Virus record (IMG/VR): IMGVR_UViG_3300036770_004723
Location: 124,001-188,000 of that record
Reading direction: 5' to 3' (one strand)
DNA length: 64,000 nucleotides
The position numbers and the translations under genes are program-made. Numbering within the stretch: position 1 is the stretch's first letter; every line of letters starts with the position of its first letter. Positions 1 through 7,424 of the stretch are shown here, piece after piece. Under the pieces are notes generated by a model. The model did no database searches. It saw only the letters and a program-made list of their open reading frames with translations, and was not told the origin of the DNA.

Positions 1-750
1 TTCGAAACAGAAGAAAGAAATAAGGTAAAGGAAACAGCAACCACAATACCTCTAGATTTTGAGGACTTGGTAACAGAAGGTACTGGAGTAGATTGTGGAA
101 TTTGTTTTCGTGAAGGACGTGAACCACCTTTTGAATTCACTAACTACCGCCAAAGTTTAATGACAAGTTTGGATATAGGTGAATGTTATGGATATTATTT
201 AGATGATGGCGCACCTTGCAATATAGTACAGCAAGACAAAGAAGGCTACGTGTGTTTTGATATTCTTGTACCAAAGTATTTTATCAGCGTAGAATACAGT
301 ATAAGAAATAACACTTCGGTACTACCTTCTTCTGCACGTTTTTATCTTGATAACACTAACGAGTTGCTTACAAAACAACATTTGGAAAATAGTAGAGGTA
401 AAGCTATTCGTATATGTGTCCGTAACGTAGCTACGTTCACTCATTGTATAGTCATGTTTAAGCTAAGTAACGATAGTATTCAGGCCAATATCAGTCAAGA
501 AAACGAAATGATCAACTACGAAAACGAAGTTACTATAGGTGACATTACTGTAGTTCTTCCGGCTAGAGTAGGTCTATTTCGGTCAGAAGATTTTATCATT
601 ATACCAGAACGTAATTTGGTACTAAAGGTAAATGACAACCCACGTAAAAGCACCGCTGATAGGCAAGTATGGGAATGGATGGCAACAACACGCGCTGTTC
701 AAAGATCAGAAGCAACCAACAGCATTTTTAAACACTATAAACTATATTGA
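1..750 (+). CDS. Partial (5'-truncated) protein, probably virion structural (neck/head-completion-like)
   Basis: Frame is open from base 1 to TGA at 748-750. CGIC motif and beta-rich C-terminus. Function is a guess. Confidence 0.55.
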   Translation, partial: FETEERNKVKETATTIPLDFEDLVTEGTGVDCGICFREGREPPFEFTNYRQSLMTSLDIGECYGYYLDDGAPCNIVQQDKEGYVCFDILVPKYFISVEYSIRNNTSVLPSSARFYLDNTNELLTKQHLENSRGKAIRICVRNVATFTHCIVMFKLSNDSIQANISQENEMINYENEVTIGDITVVLPARVGLFRSEDFIIIPERNLVLKVNDNPRKSTADRQVWEWMATTRAVQRSEATNSIFKHYKLY

Positions 751-757
751 GGTAATT

Positions 758-979
758 ATGAAAGTACTAGTATCTTTAAGTAAAGGTAAGAAAGGCGGCG
801 GTAAAAAGAAAACAGGTCGAAGTCTGATGTTAAGTACGGTAATGCCACACTTAAGCGGCGAGAATGGAGATCAGCTTGTTGCTGCCGTTGAAAAACTAGA
901 AGGTGATAAAGTTGAGGCCATAATGGTACGAATTGGCAAGAAGTTACGTGAAGAACTTGAGTTAAAGCGTAAGAAGTAA
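758..979 (+). CDS. Small basic protein (73 aa) with N-terminal MKVLVSLS leader
   Basis: GAGGT SD at 749-753, ATG at 758; followed by a terminator. Confidence 0.75.
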   Translation: MKVLVSLSKGKKGGGKKKTGRSLMLSTVMPHLSGENGDQLVAAVEKLEGDKVEAIMVRIGKKLREELELKRKK

Positions 980-995
980 TTTTAAATTCAAGTGT

Positions 996-1023
996 AAAAG
1001 GTGGCAAATTTGCCACCTTTTTT
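996..1023 (+). terminator. Rho-independent terminator, possibly bidirectional
   Basis: AAAA-GGTGGCAA-AT-TTGCCACC-TTTTTT. Confidence 0.85.
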
Positions 1024-1614
1024 ACGTCTAAATTTTGCCAATTTCAGCCTAAAATAAAAAACTTTTTAGCTTAAAAGCTCTTGACTGTGTTCCTATTATA
1101 GGTCAAAAAAGTCATTTTGAGCATTGAAGCGTGCAAAATGACTGGTTAAAAAATGAACAGCAATCGGCACATTAGTTTGACATAGCACAGAGCTGTCTCG
1201 TTGTATCAAAACGAAGTCCCGTTTTGTACCTTAAAAAGGGTCATAAATAATGGGTACTGTAAATCACTCACTATAGGACCTAATGTATCAATGGCTAAAT
1301 GTCTCCGACTATAAAAACCGTAGGTTTTAGGATGGACGTAACGAAGTGAAGTCCAGCCTGAATCAATGATTCTTACTTTTAAAAATTTCTCCAGACCCCG
1401 GCAGACAACAGACAAATAGTAAAAATTAAGGATCATTTATAATAAATTTAAACGGATACGGGTCTTAGTAAATTTATTTAATGCCATAGATCTGCCTGCG
1501 TTTTCTCTTGCAGGATCTTTTGATAGAAGTCTTTTCTCTGCGCTAGATAGCTCTAAAGAGCAAACAAGCAAAACCGATGATCTGTATAAAGATCTTTAGT
1601 AAAATAGATTTTAC

Positions 1615-1897
1615 TAGTTGTTTGCCGGGTGTTGGGGTTCCGGGGAAATATTCTATAATGTATTAAAGCTATTCGCTTCGCTCATAGCTACTAATGTGTT
1701 GCAAGCTAACGCTTGCACTTTTTCTTTTCTTTTCTTTTCTTTTCTTTTCTTTTCTTTTCTTTTCTTTTCTTTTCTTTTCTTTTGATCTTTAGTTGTTTGC
1801 CGGGTGTTGGGTCCTGGAGTAATTGTTTATTAATGTGTTTTAGGTTGTTTCGCTTCGCTACACAACCAAAACGGATTGCAAGCGTTAGCTTGCATCC
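1615..1897 (+). repeat. Imperfect ~105-bp direct repeat (1615-1718 and 1790-1897), with a partial inverted third copy at 1381-1410
   Basis: Identical 22-mer TAGTTGTTTGCCGGGTGTTGGG at 1615 and 1790; shared TTCGCTTCGCT and TGCAAGC-N4-GCTTGCA elements. Confidence 0.9.
1720..1783 (+). repeat. (TTTTC)12 pentanucleotide microsatellite
   Basis: Directly visible; pure pyrimidine run 1718-1783. Confidence 0.97.
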
Positions 1898-2129
1898 TTT
1901 ATTATCTAATAGATCCCTTTACAAATATTTGGGTTAATAGATCTTGATCAGATCCGGGGGCTGTGGCTCGACCCGCGCCCACAAAACCCGCGCCCGCGAC
2001 AGCGCACAGCCTCATTTCTATGACACACAGAACGCTGCCGTTCACTAATAAAACACTGCTTTTTGAAAATCTGAAGCTAACCACTGAAAACCTTACTGCG
2101 TATTAAGAGATTTACCGGAAGACCCTTTT

Positions 2130-2948
2130 ATGGCTGAAATCGTTAAAAAAACTAGTACCTTGTCAAGTGCTTGGGGAACCACTGCAAAAATGCACAATAC
2201 CCGTTGGACACCTGACGAATTTGTCGAAGAACTTTGTGTTCTTGCAAAATACAGACTAAGAAAGCGTAAAATGGTTGCACTGGTAAAAGAATTTATTGAT
2301 GTTTGTGTTGAATACCGTTACATGAAGAAAATAAACTTGCTTCTATTAGGCTTAGCAAAAAAACTTAAGGATCTTAACTTACTTGCGGAAATACTTGTAT
2401 ATTGCGGAGATTTAAGGTTACGTGATGTACTGAAGTTCCGCATGGACAGTTTTGTAGATACCTTTAACAATAGAAATGTAGGTAAAAAAATTTTGGCTCA
2501 AGTTTACACATTAGACCATTTGTGGTTTAATCTTTATGGTAACAGTTTAAAACGTATTAGAGGTTGCGCCGTCCATCCAAATTCAATTATAAACAGAGAG
2601 AAAGTACTAAGGTACATTAATGAAAATTGGCCTACATCCGCAAGATCTAGTTATCAAACTTTCTTTGATCGATTTCCTCAAATTTCTGATAATAGGCAGC
2701 TAATAAGATTCTTATACTGTAAATATTATTGTAATAGGGTAAGACCTAAAAGTATAATCATATTCTTTAGCATGGAATCTTGTATACATAAAAAGCTATG
2801 CGGTTTTAATTACAGGCTAACAAGTAAATGCGGGAAGTACGTAATTTATCAACGAAGTAGACTGAAAAAGAACAGTTACTTTGAATTACATCATAACAAT
2901 CAAGTTAGTATACTAACAAAGGAAGACCTACAATGTCTAGAACAGTAA
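2130..2948 (+). CDS. Hypothetical basic protein directly downstream of the origin-like region (possible DNA-binding/initiator)
   Basis: 272-aa K/R-rich ORF; no recognisable motif. Confidence 0.6.
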   Translation: MAEIVKKTSTLSSAWGTTAKMHNTRWTPDEFVEELCVLAKYRLRKRKMVALVKEFIDVCVEYRYMKKINLLLLGLAKKLKDLNLLAEILVYCGDLRLRDVLKFRMDSFVDTFNNRNVGKKILAQVYTLDHLWFNLYGNSLKRIRGCAVHPNSIINREKVLRYINENWPTSARSSYQTFFDRFPQISDNRQLIRFLYCKYYCNRVRPKSIIIFFSMESCIHKKLCGFNYRLTSKCGKYVIYQRSRLKKNSYFELHHNNQVSILTKEDLQCLEQ

Positions 2949-4105
2949 CCGTTGGTTTAAAAATGAAAGCAAAGAAAGATGTGGTGAAAAAGAAAAAAAC
3001 AACTAGTGAAGCTGTTGTAGATAAAGCTATTAAAAAAATCAAAAAGAAAAATCGCGTTGAACTAGGTGAAGTTAAGTCAAGTAAGAAAACTGATAAAACT
3101 GAAGAAGTAGGATCTATTAAATATGAATCCGACGACGTTTTGGTTGTGCGTTATGGAACCAAAACAATATACGGTACTTATATTGGCCGTGATCGTATTC
3201 TTCGTGAAGACGGTGTTGAAAAAGATGATGCTGATAGTGATGAAATGCAAGTATCATTTAAACCTACGGATGTTTTAGCTAATCTAGGTAAAAAACCTAG
3301 TGTAGGATCTGTCTACGGTTTAAAAATTGAACCTTTCATTCGTAAAATCGAAATTCCATTTTTAGGTGAAGTTCGTATTTACCGCGAAAATTTTGTCAAA
3401 GAAAATGTAGATGTATTAAAGTCTTGTGCTGAATCAGTAGGAGACTTATTTAAAAAGAAGCGCATTACTAAATGGCTTGATCATTTATCCCATACTGAAT
3501 TGCGCAGTAAGAAAGGGAAATATGCAGGTTCCTTTACCTTTAGAAAAAGTAAGGATGGAGGTAAAACAGATAGTATATCCCTTAACAATATTCCTTTTGA
3601 CGATAGAACTTATTTAGAATACGTTTTAATTCATGAGTGTACGCATGGAGTTTGGTTCCGTCAAGTTCCAGATCATTTAAAAGCTAAGTGGTCCAAACTT
3701 TATACAAAACGTATTGAACGTAAAAGTTACGATCAATCTGACTTAAATGATTTACTTGAAAGTATTAAGAGTTATGACGGTTCGATCAATAATTTTAGCA
3801 AGGAAATGGCTGATGATGTTCAACGCCAATTACTGAAAGAAATCTATTCATATATAAAGCGTGTTCATCGTTTAGATAGAGGCGATGTAGACACTTTAAT
3901 TGAAAATGATAAAGATTCTCTTGATAAAATTTGGCCTGAACATCAGGATATTAGTAATCATACAAATGACGTAGGATCTGAGTATGCACTAACTAATGTG
4001 CGTGAATTCTTTGCGGAAACCATGACCTTTTATTTGTTAGGAAAAAAATTACCTAAGGATGTATTAAAGGGCTGCGAAGCAACATTACAAAAATGTATTC
4101 GCTAA
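2933..4105 (+). CDS. Zincin-like metallopeptidase domain protein with Lys-rich N-terminus
   Basis: HECTH (HExxH) plus distal EYALTNVREFFAE, resembling lethal-factor/PPEP-type zincins. Confidence 0.7.
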   Translation: MSRTVTVGLKMKAKKDVVKKKKTTSEAVVDKAIKKIKKKNRVELGEVKSSKKTDKTEEVGSIKYESDDVLVVRYGTKTIYGTYIGRDRILREDGVEKDDADSDEMQVSFKPTDVLANLGKKPSVGSVYGLKIEPFIRKIEIPFLGEVRIYRENFVKENVDVLKSCAESVGDLFKKKRITKWLDHLSHTELRSKKGKYAGSFTFRKSKDGGKTDSISLNNIPFDDRTYLEYVLIHECTHGVWFRQVPDHLKAKWSKLYTKRIERKSYDQSDLNDLLESIKSYDGSINNFSKEMADDVQRQLLKEIYSYIKRVHRLDRGDVDTLIENDKDSLDKIWPEHQDISNHTNDVGSEYALTNVREFFAETMTFYLLGKKLPKDVLKGCEATLQKCIR

Positions 4106-4130
4106 AGAACGCTTTTAGAGAAAATTTATT

Positions 4131-4799
4131 ATGAACCCAAAAGACTACGACAGAAACAACGAATTAAGAAAAAAGATTTGGAACATATACGAACAAGGCC
4201 GATCAGTTATCGCTATTGATCTTGATGAATGTATGCTTGATACTTGTAGTGTTATACTTTCACATGTAAACAAGATCTGTGGCACTGACCATAAAGTAGA
4301 ACACATTCATCAATATGATATGGCCAAGACCTTAAATATAGATCCTAAAGTCTTTCAAGAGATCTTACATGAAACTGATTATTTAAGTAACACACCTCCG
4401 TTTCCTTTTGCGAAAGAATTTCTCAATAGATTAAAATCAAAAGACTTTAATGGGCTTCTTGACATTCCAGAACAAGATGTACCTTATATTGTATTTATCA
4501 CACATAGAGGCTTTAGACCTGATGGCTTTATATTAACTCATGACCTACTTATAGATCACGATCTGATTCCTGACATGTTGATTGTGTGCCCTATTGGCAT
4601 GAATAAAGTTGAGGTAATGGACGAATTGTTTGACGATAATGTTAAACTTGCTATTGAAGATCAACCTAAAATTCTTCATGATTTTTTAGAAGCAGGTATT
4701 CCTGTCATGAAGAATTTAAGACCCTGGAACATATCTTCTGTCTGGACAGATTTTAGTATTGACCTTAAAGTTAGTTCTTTGTTGATAGCTGAACGCTAA
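4131..4799 (+). CDS. HAD-superfamily 5'(3')-deoxyribonucleotidase-like protein
   Basis: IAIDLDEC motif I, FITHR motif II, K and IEDQP motifs III/IV, RPWN C-terminal motif. Confidence 0.8.
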   Translation: MNPKDYDRNNELRKKIWNIYEQGRSVIAIDLDECMLDTCSVILSHVNKICGTDHKVEHIHQYDMAKTLNIDPKVFQEILHETDYLSNTPPFPFAKEFLNRLKSKDFNGLLDIPEQDVPYIVFITHRGFRPDGFILTHDLLIDHDLIPDMLIVCPIGMNKVEVMDELFDDNVKLAIEDQPKILHDFLEAGIPVMKNLRPWNISSVWTDFSIDLKVSSLLIAER

Positions 4800-4805
4800 T
4801 TTATT

Positions 4806-4958
4806 AAAGAGACTGCAAGTGTGTTGTTGATTCTCGTTTGGTAAAACTAGCGCTTCAAAGGAGTGAAGTTTTATTATCATACTGCACTTAATTTTTCCCC
4901 ATTTTGAGTGTGATTTTTGATAGAGCCGTTCTTTCTTATTGATTGAACGGCTTTTTTT
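4806..4958 (+). ncRNA. Candidate small structured RNA
   Basis: Intergenic; preceded by TAATTTATT; two to three hairpins; ends in a terminator. Confidence 0.3.
4924..4958 (+). terminator. Rho-independent terminator
   Basis: AGCCGTTC...GAACGGCT followed by a T run. Confidence 0.75.
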
Positions 4959-4970
4959 ATGCTTGGCCAA

Positions 4971-4980
4971 ACTGTAAATA
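4971..4980 (+). promoter_or_regulatory. ACTGTAAATA candidate phage promoter element
   Basis: Same 10-mer at 10674 and 28313, each 23-35 nt before a start codon. Confidence 0.6.
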
Positions 4981-5014
4981 CATACAATGAATCTAAAAGA
5001 CTGGAGAATCGAAA

Positions 5015-6169
5015 ATGGCTGTTAAAAAATCTACAAGTAAAAAATCCAACATTGTATCCGAGAATCTTCCTGAAAAATATAGACCTGTTACATTAGATGA
5101 TCTTGTTGGTCAAGATTCAGCTGTGTCAATGATTAAAGGCTGGATCAAAAAGAAAAGATTTCCTTCAACTATCTTAATAAGTGGTACAACTGGTGCAGGT
5201 AAAACCACACTTGCACGTATGATCGCACGTTATATAAATTGCGAAAAGCATACATCTTGCGGCAAATGTGATTTTTGTAAGATAAGTAAAGAAGAGGTTT
5301 TTGATTTACTTGAAATCAACGCAGGTACAAACGGCAACATCGACGATGTTAGATCTCTTATTGAAAAAGCCAAAAGATTACCGACCTTCAATAAATATGT
5401 TGTTCTTATTGACGAGGCTCATTTACTTGGAGATAAAGCAGAAAGCGCTTTGCTTGTTCCGATAGAAAAACCTTCTAAAAATTCTATTTGGATACTTTGC
5501 ACAACAGACGTAGATAAAATAAAACCAACTGTTAAAAATCGTTGTGCGCATATTTCTCTGAAACCTGTTCCAGAAAAAGACATTGCCTTACGTTTATTGG
5601 ATATCTCTAAAAAAGAAAAATTCGAGGTAAAAGACAAAGAACTCTTTAAAAAATGCTTGACCAAGATCAGTGAACTTTCTTACGGCCAAGTAAGAAACGG
5701 CATTAGTATGCTGGATACATTAATGAGTCAAATTAACGGCGGTAGTAAATTAGATCTGAAAAACTTAGATCAATTAATTACTACTGCTAGTGATGAAGAT
5801 CTAAATCAAGTATGTGCCAATGTTTTACACGGTGTTTTAAGTCACGATTTAAAGGCAATTGTAAAAAACGTAAAACAGTGTAAAGAGCCTTTACGTTTGA
5901 TAATGAATTTACGTTTCTTAGTAGATAACATTATTGATTCTGATATAGGTATTTCAAAATTTACACCTAATATAACCAAAAGTTTTAATCAACTTGTTAC
6001 CAAATCTAAGATTAAATACAATATAGCCAGTTTAGTAAAAATTCAGTCTCTTTTAATTCAAGTACATTTACATATTGTGCAAGTTCCTTCTTATCCTGCC
6101 TCAGTAGGTCTTTACACTTCATTATGTGATCTTTGTGTTGACGATTACTTTAAAAAAGTTAAAGGATGA
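5015..6169 (+). CDS. dnaX: Clamp loader ATPase, DNA polymerase III gamma/tau-like (gamma length)
   Basis: EKYRPVTLDDLVGQ, Walker A GTTGAGKTT, Zn module C-x4-C-x2-C-x2-C, EINA, IDEAH, NRC (SRC-like). Confidence 0.9.
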   Translation: MAVKKSTSKKSNIVSENLPEKYRPVTLDDLVGQDSAVSMIKGWIKKKRFPSTILISGTTGAGKTTLARMIARYINCEKHTSCGKCDFCKISKEEVFDLLEINAGTNGNIDDVRSLIEKAKRLPTFNKYVVLIDEAHLLGDKAESALLVPIEKPSKNSIWILCTTDVDKIKPTVKNRCAHISLKPVPEKDIALRLLDISKKEKFEVKDKELFKKCLTKISELSYGQVRNGISMLDTLMSQINGGSKLDLKNLDQLITTASDEDLNQVCANVLHGVLSHDLKAIVKNVKQCKEPLRLIMNLRFLVDNIIDSDIGISKFTPNITKSFNQLVTKSKIKYNIASLVKIQSLLIQVHLHIVQVPSYPASVGLYTSLCDLCVDDYFKKVKG

Positions 6170-6309
6170 TCATGACTTACACTGAGATCATTACATTTAA
6201 TAATGTATTACTTTTATTGTTTTTTATCATTGTGATCTTCATAGGTTACGTAATAAGTAAATTTATAGGTAAGGCACCCTACAATGAAAAAGATAATTCA
6301 GACTCTTGA
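6166..6309 (+). CDS. Small single-pass membrane protein (45-47 aa), absent from the ORF track
   Basis: ATGA overlap with the dnaX stop; MIMTYTEIITFNNVLLLLFFIIVIFIGYVISKFIGKAPYNEKDNSDS. Confidence 0.6.
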   Translation: MIMTYTEIITFNNVLLLLFFIIVIFIGYVISKFIGKAPYNEKDNSDS

Positions 6310-6862
6310 CCGATCTATAGGATCTCCGTTGACCAGAATCTTTACTTCAGGTATGCCAGATAAAGATTCTTTAATTCAGTTTTTCGGCCAACCTGATGAT
6401 CTATACACAGGTCCTGTTGAGTTAGTAACTTACGTTTGTAATGTTTTATGTAAGGATGTTACTGAAAAATATAGTAAATACGCTCAAACAATTTTTGTTA
6501 TACGTCACATGATGTTGACACAAAGATTAAATCTACCTGAAAAGCATTACACTAAAATTTCTCTTAACTCATTAGATGTGCCTGTTTCGCAAATACATTG
6601 GCGTATGCCATTTATTGACTTTGAGCCTAGGTTAGCTCATGTTTGTTTTTGTTGTAATTATACCGACTTTGAAAAAGTATTTAATTGCTTCAAAGACTTT
6701 CTCACTCATGTCCATGATAAAGAAAATTTAAATCCTTTCCTTTCAAATAAAAGATTTAAAAATGACAGTGTATATCTTAACACTGTTGCTAAGACCTACG
6801 GCGTATTTTATTCTGTTGAAACTGTTTTATCAATTGACATTTTTTATGTGCATTTAATTTAA
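6284..6862 (+). CDS. Hypothetical protein
   Basis: 192-aa ORF in operon context. Confidence 0.65.
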   Translation: MKKIIQTLDRSIGSPLTRIFTSGMPDKDSLIQFFGQPDDLYTGPVELVTYVCNVLCKDVTEKYSKYAQTIFVIRHMMLTQRLNLPEKHYTKISLNSLDVPVSQIHWRMPFIDFEPRLAHVCFCCNYTDFEKVFNCFKDFLTHVHDKENLNPFLSNKRFKNDSVYLNTVAKTYGVFYSVETVLSIDIFYVHLI

Positions 6863-6873
6863 GAAGAAAACTT

Positions 6874-7419
6874 ATGGAACCTCTATTCGCAGCTGATCTT
6901 CATTTTGGTCAAGAAACTGTAGTTAAATACCGAAACCATTTTAAATCTAGTTTAGAGCATGACTCTATTATATATGAAAATATTTCAAGACAGTTAAACA
7001 AAAAAACTACTCTTTACCTATTAGGTGATTTATGCTTTTCAAAAGATTCCTTAAAGTATTTGAAAGGATTTAAAGAACTTTGCCATAGTGTAGTGGTGAT
7101 TGGAGGCAATCACTGCACAGAAAAAATAAGTGTAGTAGATCTTTATGAATCAGTTAGCCAAGTGCATTTCTATAAGAATAAATACGGCTTTACGCTCAGC
7201 CACATGCCTATACATCCTGAACACTTACGCGGTAAGTTAAATGTACATGGTCACTTACATACTGATCTAGTTAAAGACCCTAGATACGTTTGTGTAAGTC
7301 TAGAACACACTAACTATAAGGCAATGTCTTTAACTCAAATACGTGAAGTATTCAGATCAAGAATTCTTGATCTGAATCTATCAGACGAATATTTGAATGT
7401 TTTAAAATCTACCGGATAA
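6874..7419 (+). CDS. Calcineurin-like metallophosphoesterase
   Basis: ADLHFG, LGD, GNH, SHMP, VHGHLH motifs. Confidence 0.88.
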   Translation: MEPLFAADLHFGQETVVKYRNHFKSSLEHDSIIYENISRQLNKKTTLYLLGDLCFSKDSLKYLKGFKELCHSVVVIGGNHCTEKISVVDLYESVSQVHFYKNKYGFTLSHMPIHPEHLRGKLNVHGHLHTDLVKDPRYVCVSLEHTNYKAMSLTQIREVFRSRILDLNLSDEYLNVLKSTG

Positions 7420-7424
7420 GACAA

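Larger units (their letters stand above)
1381..2011. other. Putative replication origin / structured non-coding control region
   Basis: No credible ORF; 10 GATC sites; duplicated hairpin modules; polypyrimidine tract; GC-rich stem at 1959-2011. Confidence 0.5.

Noticed and set aside
1081-1210. Sigma70 promoters from TTGACT (1081) or TTGACA (1177)
   Set aside because: No -10 hexamer at 16-18 bp spacing
1206-1436. Minus-strand 76-aa ORF and the other short minus-strand ORFs
   Set aside because: No recognisable motifs; nearly all overlap longer + strand genes in a uniformly + strand region
1615-1897. CRISPR array interpretation of the repeats
   Set aside because: Only two direct copies 175 bp apart, the intervening sequences are homologous to each other, and no cas genes are present
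1713-1937. 74-aa Phe-rich ORF
   Set aside because: Translation of the (TTTTC)n microsatellite; no SD
6146-6160. dnaX-type -1 frameshift at TTTAAAAAAG
   Set aside because: The run is not in the A-AAA-AAG codon phase, and no tau-like extension or stimulatory hairpin follows
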